Shown one piece after another: positions 49,665-57,655 of a stretch of DNA of 57,655 nt. The notes below the pieces were generated by a model, which did no database searches, was not told where the DNA came from, and saw only the letters and a list, made by a program, of their open reading frames with translations. Each line of letters starts with the position of its first letter. Positions within the stretch are counted from its first letter, which is position 1. The position numbers and the translations under genes are program-made. The DNA is from Mycobacterium sp. (GTDB taxonomy: Bacteria; Actinomycetota; Actinomycetes; Mycobacteriales; Mycobacteriaceae): the NCBI GenBank assembly GCA_032161845.1, contig JAVRQA010000526.1; one strand, 5' to 3'.

Positions 49665-50542
49665 GCAAGTCCGCCGCGCACGTCATCAGTGGCAACACCG
49701 TGGTCATCACTGGTGCCGCGTCCGGCATCGGCCGTGCTCTGGCGCAACGGCTTTCGTCTCACAGCTGCCCGGTCGCCATCGCCGACGTCGACGAGCGAGC
49801 GCTGAAGGAGACCGAAGCGACCCTGGGCGGTCCGACCCTGACCAGGGTGCTCGACGTCCGCGACGCACAGGATCAGCTGGCCTTCGCCGAGGAGGTGAGG
49901 GATTGGGCGCCGGCACCGCTTGGCGCCGTGTTCAACAATGCCGGTGTCGCCGTGTCGTCGACGGTCCTCGACACCGTCGTCGAGGACGACGAATGGCTGT
50001 GGGACATCAACTTCCATGGCGTCGTCAACGGAACCAGAGCATTCCTACCCATCCTGGTCGAACAGGATTTCGGCGCCATCGTGAACACCTCGAGCGTGTT
50101 CGGTCTGGTGGGCATGCCGACTCAGAGCGCGTACTGCGCGGCCAAGTTCGCGGTCCGCGGGTTCACCGACTCACTGCGCCAGGAGTTGCGCGGCACCGGC
50201 GTCAGGGCCATCAACGTGCACCCCGGTGGCATCAACACCAACATCGTGCGCAACGCCCGGTTCCGTCACGATCCGGCGGGGCAGGGCCGCAGCCACGAAC
50301 AGATGGTCGAGGAGTTCGCCGCGATCACGATGACCGAGCCCGCCAAGGCTGCCGAAGTCATTCACCGCGGAGTGGAACGCGGCAAGGCGCGCATCCTGAT
50401 CGGGCCCGACGCTCACCTGTTCGACGCTCTCGCGCGATTGGCGCCAACGCACTACTACGACGTCCTGACGCGCATCGAGTCCCGGCTGCGCGGCCGGGCC
50501 CGTGGCGAGATCGTCCAGCAGCCGGTGAGGGCCGACGGCTGA
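49661..50542 (+). CDS. Short-chain dehydrogenase/reductase
   Basis: TGAASGIG, NNAG, YCAAK; ATGA overlap. Confidence 0.92.
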   Translation: MSKSAAHVISGNTVVITGAASGIGRALAQRLSSHSCPVAIADVDERALKETEATLGGPTLTRVLDVRDAQDQLAFAEEVRDWAPAPLGAVFNNAGVAVSSTVLDTVVEDDEWLWDINFHGVVNGTRAFLPILVEQDFGAIVNTSSVFGLVGMPTQSAYCAAKFAVRGFTDSLRQELRGTGVRAINVHPGGINTNIVRNARFRHDPAGQGRSHEQMVEEFAAITMTEPAKAAEVIHRGVERGKARILIGPDAHLFDALARLAPTHYYDVLTRIESRLRGRARGEIVQQPVRADG

Positions 50543-50552
50543 GCCCAAACCG

Positions 50553-51809
50553 CTAGTCGCGCTTACGCTTCACTTGGTTGAACGGCACGCCACGGTCGGG
50601 CGCGTGCTCGCGGGGGAAGCCCAGGATTCGTTCGCCGATGATGTTGCGAGCGATCTCGGTGGTGCCTCCACCGAGGGACGCGGCTTGCCGCGACGGGTAG
50701 CGATCGCCGAACCAGAACAGTCCGCTGCCATCGTCGACGACGCCGGCAGGCCCTGCGATGGCTAGTGCCGTGTCGATTTCGAACTGGACGGTCTCGGCGT
50801 GCGTGATGCGGATGATCGACCCTGCCGCGGGAGGCAGTGATCCGTCGAGAACACCGTGGTAGACGTGATCGATAAGTTGCTCTTGGATCGCGCGGCGCAC
50901 CAGCGCGCGGCCTGCCTGCTCGCGGACGCGTTCGTTGTCGGTCTGGCCAGTCGCCTCGAGCAACGCGACATAGTCGACGGGCTGGTCCGTTGCGCCCTCC
51001 GCGCCGATCCCGCTGGAGAATTCGGAACCGCCACCAACGGCTCGACGTTCGTGGAACATCTGCCGCGACGCGACTGCCCAGCCGTCGTTGACGGCGCCGA
51101 CGACCGCGTCGTCGGACAACTCGAGGTCGTCGACGAACTCTTCGCAGAATTCGTTGCCGCCGTCCACCTGCATGATCCGGCGCATCGTGATGCCAGGGCT
51201 CTTGATCGGCACCAGGAACATGGTCAGCCCCTCGTGCTTCGGCACGTCCCAATTGGTGCGGGCGAGCAGCAGACCGTAGTCGGCGGCGAAGGCGCTGGTG
51301 CTCCAGGTCTTGGCGCCGTTGACGATCCACTTGTCGCCACGGCGGTCGGCGCGGGTGATGACGCCGGCAAGGTCGGATCCGCCACTCGGCTCGGACAGCA
51401 GCTGAACCAGGATCTCGTCACCGCGGATCGCAGCGGAGATCCGGTCGCGCTTCTGCGCCTCGGTGCCCGTGTCGAGGATCGTCGCGGCGCAGATCGTGAA
51501 CGTCGGCGTGTTGAGGATGAGCGGCAGCTCGTAGTCGCGCGACACGGTGTCGAATGCCCGCTGGTAGGCGATCGGCAGCCCCAACCCGCCGTACTCCCTT
51601 GGGAAGCAGATGCCGGCGAATCCGCCCTCGTAGAGCTTCTTCTGGAGCTCCCGTGCGCGCGCCCACGGAGCGTCCTCGCCCCGGTCACAGCCGGGCAGGT
51701 TGGTCGGGTCGACGCGAGGCATGTTGTCGGCGAGCCAGATCCGGGCCCGCTCCGCGAACTCAGCGACGGACTCGGACGTCGCCGTCGTCGCTGCAATGGT
51801 CTCGGTCAC
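50553..51809 (-). CDS. Acyl-CoA dehydrogenase (putative catalytic subunit of a FadE pair)
   Basis: SEPSGGSDLA, NGAKTWST, HER, GGTTEIARNII; GTGA overlap. Confidence 0.9.
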   Translation of the reverse strand: MTETIAATTATSESVAEFAERARIWLADNMPRVDPTNLPGCDRGEDAPWARARELQKKLYEGGFAGICFPREYGGLGLPIAYQRAFDTVSRDYELPLILNTPTFTICAATILDTGTEAQKRDRISAAIRGDEILVQLLSEPSGGSDLAGVITRADRRGDKWIVNGAKTWSTSAFAADYGLLLARTNWDVPKHEGLTMFLVPIKSPGITMRRIMQVDGGNEFCEEFVDDLELSDDAVVGAVNDGWAVASRQMFHERRAVGGGSEFSSGIGAEGATDQPVDYVALLEATGQTDNERVREQAGRALVRRAIQEQLIDHVYHGVLDGSLPPAAGSIIRITHAETVQFEIDTALAIAGPAGVVDDGSGLFWFGDRYPSRQAASLGGGTTEIARNIIGERILGFPREHAPDRGVPFNQVKRKRD

Positions 51810-52960
51810 GATGCGGTCCCCAGCTGCTCGGCGAGTGCTTCGGTGATGGCGAAGACGCGCAGGTTGTGGTCCTCGGGGGTGCCGAACATCGAGCGGTACA
51901 ACGTGACTCGGCGTAGATACAGATGCAGGTCGTGCTCCCACGTCACGCCGATGCCGCCGTGCATCTGTACGCACACTTGCAACATGCCGGGAGCGTGCTC
52001 ACCGATGTAACTCTTGGCGACGCTGACCGCCATGTCGGCGTCGTCGGCGCGCGCACCGACCGCAGCGATCGCGGCACGGGCGGTGGCGCGGGAGGCCTCC
52101 AGCCAGATCTTCATGTCCGCGTACTTGTGCTTGAGCGCCTGGTAGGACGCCAGCGGGCGGCCGAAGGAATACCGGTCCAGCGCCCACTGGACGGTGAACT
52201 CGAATACTGCATCGAGGATGCCGACGACCTCGGCGCACTGCAGCACCTGAGCGATTTGACTCTGCCGTGCGATCAGCGCGGGCGTCTGGCCGGCGGACCC
52301 GACCGCGGCGTCCTGGCCGACCTCGACGTCGTCGAAGGTGACTCGGGCGTAACGCTTCACGAGGTCGAGCGACTTCTGCGGCTCGACCGATACCCCGGCC
52401 GCATTCGCGGGCACCAGGAATTGCCGCACCGCCCCGTCGGACTCGGCGACGACGAGGAACAGGGCACTCTCGGACCCCGCCTCGACGCGGTCCTTGACAC
52501 CGTTGATGCGGAATCCCGAGTCGGTCGGCGTCGCGGTTACCGTGGGCGCCCCTGGCACCCAGGCTCGACCGGGTTCGTAGACAGCCCACGATGCGACGAC
52601 TTCACCTGAGACCAGCGATTCGATGATGGCGCAATGGGTTTCGGCATTGTCGGCGTCCACCAGTCCGGCGAGCACCGTGTTCACCGGGTGCAATGGCCCC
52701 GGCGCCACGGTCCGGCCGATCTGCTCGGCCACCAGGGCGAGGTCACCGACGCCGTCTCCGGAGATGCTGCCGCCGCCGAGATCCTCCGGCACCAGCATGC
52801 TGGCCCAGCCGAGCTCGGCGGCGCGCTGCCACCAGTCCACCTCGAAGGACGTTCCGCCAGCGTGCAACTCGCGCACCCGACTGAGCGAGGCTTCCTTGTC
52901 AAGGAAGGCACGAGCGGTCGAGGCGAAGAGCAACCTCTCGGGGGATGCAACTTCCGTCAT
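51806..52960 (-). CDS. Acyl-CoA dehydrogenase (putative partner subunit)
   Basis: RYSFGRPLASYQALKH, QMHGGIGVTWEHDLHLYLRR. Confidence 0.9.
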   Translation of the reverse strand: MTEVASPERLLFASTARAFLDKEASLSRVRELHAGGTSFEVDWWQRAAELGWASMLVPEDLGGGSISGDGVGDLALVAEQIGRTVAPGPLHPVNTVLAGLVDADNAETHCAIIESLVSGEVVASWAVYEPGRAWVPGAPTVTATPTDSGFRINGVKDRVEAGSESALFLVVAESDGAVRQFLVPANAAGVSVEPQKSLDLVKRYARVTFDDVEVGQDAAVGSAGQTPALIARQSQIAQVLQCAEVVGILDAVFEFTVQWALDRYSFGRPLASYQALKHKYADMKIWLEASRATARAAIAAVGARADDADMAVSVAKSYIGEHAPGMLQVCVQMHGGIGVTWEHDLHLYLRRVTLYRSMFGTPEDHNLRVFAITEALAEQLGTAS

Positions 52961-52991
52961 GCGCGATGGGCTCCGCTGCTAGGGATGGCGA

Positions 52992-54221
52992 TCAGGCCAG
53001 GACGAGGGCGGGCACGTCGGGCTTGTGAACGATCTTGTTGGGCACCTTGAAGAGGTCGATCATGTTTCCGCCCATGACCTTTCGGACGCCGTCTTCGTCA
53101 AGTCCGTGGGCCTCGAGGTCCCCGACCAGGTTGATCGGATCGGCCAGGCCCTCCGGGTGCGGCCAGTCCGACCCGAAGATGACGTGGTCGATGCCGACCA
53201 GGTCGCCCATCTGCTTGAAGTCGTCCTCCCAGAACGGTGCGACGTAGACGCAACGCTTGAACGCCTGGATCGGGTCCTCGGGAAACGCGTCCGGCATCTT
53301 CTTGAATACGTCCTTGAACTGGTAGAAGAGGTAGGGCACCCAGGATGCGCCGTTCTCCACCGACAGGATGCGCAGATCCGGGTTGCGGGTCAGCGCGCCG
53401 TGACACACCAGTGCGGCCATGGTGTCCTCGATGGGTCGCTTGCCCATCGCGACCATTCGGAACGACGTTGGGGCGAACGGCTTGAACTCGTCGCCCGGCT
53501 CCCAGTCGTTGAGGTACGAGGAGTATCCGCTGTCCGACGCATGCATCGAAACCGGGATGCCCGCCTTGACGCAAGCGTCCCAGAACGGGTCGAACTCGGG
53601 CAGGCCCAGCGAGCGACTGCCGCGGTACCCCGGCACTGGAGCAGGCCGCACCAGCACGGTCTTCGCGCCGCGCTCCAGGCACCATTCGAGTTCTTCCAGG
53701 GCGCGGTCGACATTGCCCAGATTGATGACTGGAGTGGAGAAGATGCGGTCCTCGTAGTTGAACTGCCACGTCTCGTACATCCACTGGTTCAGGCCGTGGA
53801 CGATGTCGAGGATGAGATCCGGATCGTCCTTCAAGCGCTCCTCGACCAGTGAGGCGAGCGTTGGGAACATCAGCGTGTAGTCAAGCCCCAGTCCGTCGAG
53901 GACCTCGAGGCGCGCCGCGGGGTTGCGAAAGGCGGGGATGGCCTTCATCGGCTTGCCCATCACCTCGCGGTAGGTCTTGCCGCCGCTGCCGTTGCGGAAG
54001 TAGTCCTCCTGCGCGCCGGGGCGGGCCACCACTTCGAACGTCGGGTTGGGGATGTAGTCGCTGACCTGGTTGCGAACCATGATCTTGGTGCGGCCGCGGA
54101 CGTCGATGTAGTCGATGACGCCCTTGCGGTGATCCGGCAGGAACTGCGTCAGCGCTTCCTTGGGCTCGTAGAAGTGGTTGTCCGCGTCGAACACGGGATA
54201 GGACAGGTTGCGCGAGGGCAT
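52992..54221 (-). CDS. Amidohydrolase_2 family metallo-enzyme
   Basis: DADNHFYE, FPT, SMH, VENG, FGSDWPHPEG. Confidence 0.88.
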   Translation of the reverse strand: MPSRNLSYPVFDADNHFYEPKEALTQFLPDHRKGVIDYIDVRGRTKIMVRNQVSDYIPNPTFEVVARPGAQEDYFRNGSGGKTYREVMGKPMKAIPAFRNPAARLEVLDGLGLDYTLMFPTLASLVEERLKDDPDLILDIVHGLNQWMYETWQFNYEDRIFSTPVINLGNVDRALEELEWCLERGAKTVLVRPAPVPGYRGSRSLGLPEFDPFWDACVKAGIPVSMHASDSGYSSYLNDWEPGDEFKPFAPTSFRMVAMGKRPIEDTMAALVCHGALTRNPDLRILSVENGASWVPYLFYQFKDVFKKMPDAFPEDPIQAFKRCVYVAPFWEDDFKQMGDLVGIDHVIFGSDWPHPEGLADPINLVGDLEAHGLDEDGVRKVMGGNMIDLFKVPNKIVHKPDVPALVLA

Positions 54222-54250
54222 ATCCGTCTCCTAGAAGTCTCATATGTCAG

Positions 54251-54273
54251 AAGTGGTAATGACGTTACCACTT
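54251..54273. promoter_or_regulatory. Candidate TetR operator AAGTGGTAA-tgacg-TTACCACTT
   Basis: Perfect 9-bp inverted repeat upstream of the amidohydrolase; contains minus-strand -10 TAACGT. Confidence 0.75.
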
Positions 54274-54354
54274 TGGTGACGGGGAGTGAACCACGTCGGC
54301 GAGACGGCCCACACCCTGCCTCGTCGGGAGCAGTGGGCAGTTCAAAGCGCCAGG

Positions 54355-54987
54355 TCAGCGCGTGAGCGTCCGCATGCAGAACTCGTAGATGTGGTGACCC
54401 TCGAGTGGAGCGTCGTTGAGTTCGGCGCCGAGCACGCGCAGCCGCATCGCGCCGAGCGCCGTCTGCATGATCAGCGTGGAGGTCGGGTCGACGTCGACGC
54501 GGGCATCGAACGCGCCTTCGGCGATCCCTCGCACGACGATGTCCTTGATCAGCACGTTCACCGGTGAAAGTACCCTGGCGTACTCGCGCGGCATCGCCTC
54601 GGCGAGGTGGTCGTTGTAGAACGTGAGGCCGCGGTTGATGCTGTCCTGCGTGGTGGACGCCGCCGGCGCGCTGATCTTGGCGATCAGCAGGCGCAACGCC
54701 TCCGCGGCAGGCAGCGCGTCGGTCTCGGTCCGCCAGCGGAGCGTTGACTCGGCCATGATCCTGTCGACCAGTGCCAGGAGTAGTTCATCCTTGGTGGAAA
54801 AGTGCTGGTAGAACGACCGGAGCGAGGTCTTGGAGCGCTCGACCACCTCGAGCACCGTGAAATCCGTCCGACCGGTCTCGCCGAGGATGGACAGCGCTGA
54901 GCGCATGAACCGATTCGCCCGCGTTTCCTCGTCGACCGGGCCCGTGTCCACGGAGTCTGCTGACGGCCGGTCACTCGCCTTCGCCAC
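54355..54987 (-). CDS. TetR/AcrR family regulator
   Basis: FTVLEVVERSKTSLRSFYQHFSTKDELL HTH; GTG start 7 nt after TAACGT (probably leaderless). Confidence 0.9.
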   Translation of the reverse strand: MAKASDRPSADSVDTGPVDEETRANRFMRSALSILGETGRTDFTVLEVVERSKTSLRSFYQHFSTKDELLLALVDRIMAESTLRWRTETDALPAAEALRLLIAKISAPAASTTQDSINRGLTFYNDHLAEAMPREYARVLSPVNVLIKDIVVRGIAEGAFDARVDVDPTSTLIMQTALGAMRLRVLGAELNDAPLEGHHIYEFCMRTLTR

Positions 54988-55002
54988 GAGAATGACGTTA
55001 CC
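54988..55002. promoter_or_regulatory. Second operator copy GAGAA-tgacg-TTACC
   Basis: AATGACGTTACC is identical to 54258-54269 and lies immediately upstream of the TetR start. Confidence 0.65.
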
Positions 55003-55048
55003 GGTTCAGTAGAAGCAGCGGTGCGCTTGCCGCTAAGGTGACGCACCG

Positions 55049-55900
55049 ATGACCGAATGGTTCCTGTTCCTGCCCCAGGTGCGGCTGGAGATTCCCGACA
55101 TCGTCGAGCGTGCGCGCGCGGCCGAAAGCGCTGGCTTCGACGGCATCGCACTCATCGATCACCTCGAGCCGCCCGGCGCAGCGCACCAAGGCATCTGGGA
55201 GGCGATGACCGTTGCCACCTGGGTCGCCGCACACACCGACCGGCTGCGAATCGGGCACCTGGTGCTGTGTGACGCGTTCAGGCAACCTGCCGTGCTCGCC
55301 AAGGAAGCCACCACGCTGGCGGCGGCCTCGGGGAACCGCTTCGAGCTCGGTCTCGGCTGGGGCTCCTGGCCGCAGGAGTTCGATCGATTCGGCCTGGCCG
55401 ACGGAGACGACCCACCGGCCCGGGTCGCGCGGTTGGACCGCACGCTCGGGCTGATCCGCCAGTACTGGGGTGAGGCAGACCCCGAAGGGGTGATCCAGGA
55501 GCCACGGCCGCAGCAGCGAATTCCCTTGGTACTGGGGGGAACCGGGAAGAAGACGATGGACCTGGTGCGCAGGTACGCCGACTGGTGGAACGTGCCATCG
55601 CATCAACTCGATCGACTGCCCGACCTGCTACCGACGGTGGGCGAGGTCCGCGTGTCCGTCCAGCAGATGGTCGGCTTCATAGCCGCGGACGCAAACCGTG
55701 ACGAGGTCACCGCCGTCAGCACCCGTCGGTTCGGCCACCTGGGCAGTGGGCTGGTCTGCGGCAACGCCGCCGAACTCGTCGAGCACTTCGCCGCCCTGTC
55801 GGCTCAAGGCGTCGAGCGCTTCTACGTCTGGTTCGCCGACTTCGCACCCCCGGCCACCCTTGCCGAGTTCGCCGAAAACGTCATCGCAAGACACGCATAG
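55049..55900 (+). CDS. Luciferase-like (LLM class) flavin/F420 oxidoreductase
   Basis: AE.AGFD...DH, AAHTDRLRIG, PAVLAKEATTL..SGNRFELGLG.G, YADWWN. Confidence 0.88.
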   Translation: MTEWFLFLPQVRLEIPDIVERARAAESAGFDGIALIDHLEPPGAAHQGIWEAMTVATWVAAHTDRLRIGHLVLCDAFRQPAVLAKEATTLAAASGNRFELGLGWGSWPQEFDRFGLADGDDPPARVARLDRTLGLIRQYWGEADPEGVIQEPRPQQRIPLVLGGTGKKTMDLVRRYADWWNVPSHQLDRLPDLLPTVGEVRVSVQQMVGFIAADANRDEVTAVSTRRFGHLGSGLVCGNAAELVEHFAALSAQGVERFYVWFADFAPPATLAEFAENVIARHA

Positions 55901-55923
55901 CAATTCAACCCGAGAGGCACGAC

Positions 55924-56805
55924 ATGTCGATTGATTCAGATCAGGCCGAGTGGACGGTCGAGGGGCTGCTCGAACTGTTCGACGTGCAACCCGATGGCGC
56001 TGACCGCTACCTCGGTCAGACGGGCCTCGCGGGCGCCGACGAGCGTCAGGTGGTCGAGGGCACGCAGGTGATGGCGCAGGCGATCGTCGCGGCGGGCAAG
56101 CGCTTCCCGGAGAAGTCGGTCCGGTCGGCGTACGCGGTGTTCGCGCGCGCCGTCGTCGTAGGACCCCCGGTCGAGCTGACGGTCGACGTCGTCGCCGAGG
56201 GGCGCACCACGGCCACTGCCGTCGTCTCAGCAGCCCAGAACGGCAAGCGATGCATCACCGTGACGGTGCTCGCCGACGTGCCGTCGGCGGACGTCATTCG
56301 TCATCATCTGCCGAGGCCCGACGTCGCGGCGCCCGCCGCTGCGCACGTGTCGGAGATGCCGATGGTCGGCCGTCAGCTGCGACTGGTCGACGTGCTGGAC
56401 GTCAACAGTCCCGACGAGGTCGGCCCGCCGGAGTTGCACGCCTGGCTGCACTACGATCCGATCCCAAGCCGCGACGAGCTGGCCAAGGCCCTGATCGCGT
56501 ACTTCACTGGCCACCTTGGCATTTCGACGACGATGCGGGCTCACGAAGGGATCGGCACCGCGCAGGCGCACCTCACGGTGTCGACGGCGCCAATGACCGT
56601 CTCCGTCAGCTTTCACGAGCCGTTCAGCTGGGGCGGCTGGCTCCTCTACAGCCACGAAAGCACCCAGGTTGGCGCGGGCATGTCCTACGTCCGAGGCACG
56701 GTGCACACCGAAGAGGGTGAGCTGCTCGCCTCCTTTGCCCAGGACGCGTTGATCCGACCGCTCCGCACCACCGACACGTCGATCGCCGTGGAGTCCCGAC
56801 TCTAG
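55924..56805 (+). CDS. Double-hotdog acyl-CoA thioesterase-like protein (TesB-like, divergent active site)
   Basis: RQVVEGTQVMAQ, EGRTTATA, WLLYSHEST..GAG, GELLASFAQ. Confidence 0.8.
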   Translation: MSIDSDQAEWTVEGLLELFDVQPDGADRYLGQTGLAGADERQVVEGTQVMAQAIVAAGKRFPEKSVRSAYAVFARAVVVGPPVELTVDVVAEGRTTATAVVSAAQNGKRCITVTVLADVPSADVIRHHLPRPDVAAPAAAHVSEMPMVGRQLRLVDVLDVNSPDEVGPPELHAWLHYDPIPSRDELAKALIAYFTGHLGISTTMRAHEGIGTAQAHLTVSTAPMTVSVSFHEPFSWGGWLLYSHESTQVGAGMSYVRGTVHTEEGELLASFAQDALIRPLRTTDTSIAVESRL

Positions 56806-57629
56806 ATCTTCAAGTAGCCCTTGTCAGCCGGGATCTGGGCGGCCGTCACCAAAGACGATGCGTCGCTGGCCAACCAGACGACGATGTCGGAGATGAGGTT
56901 TGGCGCGGCGAGCGAGTCGGTCGGCAGCGCGCCGGGGGAGAAGCTGTGGATGAAGTTCGGGTGCGCGGCGAACATCTCATACATCGAGACGTCGTTGCCC
57001 ATGGGAGTGTCGGTGCCGTAGGGATGCACGGAATTGACCCGAATCCCGAACTCGCCCACCTCGACTGCGAGTGAATTGGTGAGGGCGACGACGCCGAACT
57101 TGGATGCGCAGTAGTGACCGCAGCCGGGGACCGCCTTGATGCCGGCAGCCGAGCTGATGTTGATGATCGATCCGCCGTTGCCCGCTTCGATCATCACGGG
57201 CACCGCCGCCCTGATGGTGTTCCAGACGCCGGTCAGGTTGGTATCGAGGGTCTCCTGCCACTGCTGCGCCGAGATCTCCCACAGCCGTCCCCAATTCAAC
57301 ACTCCGGCATTGGCGACGACGATGTCGAGACGGCCGAACTGCTCGAAGCCCTCGGCGACGACGCGCTGTTGTCCCTCGGCATCGCGAACGTCGACCTCCT
57401 TGGCCAGGATCTTGCGGCCTTCGCCCTCGACCAGGCCGATGGTTTCCGAGAGATCCTCCGGTGTCGACGGCTCGTACCCGTTGCTCTCCGCGACCGGTCC
57501 GCACGCGTCGATCGCGATGACGTCGGCACCTGCGCGCGCGAGCCGTAGGCAGTGCGAACGCCCTTGCCCGCGGGCCGCACCCGTCACGTAGGCGACCTTG
57601 CCCGCCAGCGGTTGCTCGATGCTCGTCAT
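56802..57629 (-). CDS. Mycofactocin-coupled SDR family oxidoreductase
   Basis: TGAARGQGRSH, IAIDAC plus loop insertion (..YEPSTPEDL.ET), ANAG, HYCASK, IRVNSVHP. Confidence 0.85.
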   Translation of the reverse strand: MTSIEQPLAGKVAYVTGAARGQGRSHCLRLARAGADVIAIDACGPVAESNGYEPSTPEDLSETIGLVEGEGRKILAKEVDVRDAEGQQRVVAEGFEQFGRLDIVVANAGVLNWGRLWEISAQQWQETLDTNLTGVWNTIRAAVPVMIEAGNGGSIINISSAAGIKAVPGCGHYCASKFGVVALTNSLAVEVGEFGIRVNSVHPYGTDTPMGNDVSMYEMFAAHPNFIHSFSPGALPTDSLAAPNLISDIVVWLASDASSLVTAAQIPADKGYLKI

Positions 57630-57655
57630 ACCGGTGGCTCCTCAGTCGGTTGGGG

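Noticed and set aside
1-57655. Searched by eye for tRNA/rRNA genes, transposases, integrases, toxin-antitoxin and anti-phage genes
   Set aside because: None recognised; nearly all sequence is covered by identifiable CDSs, although small RNAs or peptides could be missed without tools

Overview
High-GC actinobacterial chromosome segment; the gene set and protein sequences point to a non-tuberculous, probably rapid-growing Mycobacterium/Mycolicibacterium (inference). The centre (about 10.4-47.3 kb) is the conserved mycobacterial backbone, recalled as syntenic with M. tuberculosis Rv2616-Rv2578c: thrS-HIT-pgsA-patA-pimA-NUDIX, pdxS-tesB-pdxT, yebC, ruvCAB, gabT, yajC-secD-secF-lipoprotein-apt-rel, ppiB, MBL hydrolase-hisS and an SOS-box-preceded radical SAM gene. 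Small accessory insertions interrupt it: VOC+NAD(P)-binding pair, DUF1304, membrane GGDEF protein, MFS/ArsR pair, a second cyclophilin, dtd, a secreted MmpS-like protein and a cold-shock gene. Both flanks are accessory catabolic/detoxification clusters. Left (0.1-10.4 kb): CoA-transferase III, epoxide-hydrolase-like enzyme, TetR, ExxH di-metal protein, Baeyer-Villiger monooxygenase, VOC, SDR, then MarR-MFS-MBL. Right (47.3-57.6 kb): P450-hydrolase-SDR, paired acyl-CoA dehydrogenases, amidohydrolase, TetR, LLM, thioesterase and a mycofactocin-type SDR. I saw no rRNA, tRNA, CRISPR array, IS or prophage. I found no unambiguous new system. The strongest non-routine signals are (i) repeated palindromic operators readable directly from the DNA that define small candidate regulons, (ii) the ExxH-protein/BVMO cluster, (iii) a possible Thr/Pro uORF or structured leader before thrS, and (iv) a GGDEF gene that overlaps its convergent neighbour by 223 nt. 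All product names come from motif recognition and memory; no database searches were run.
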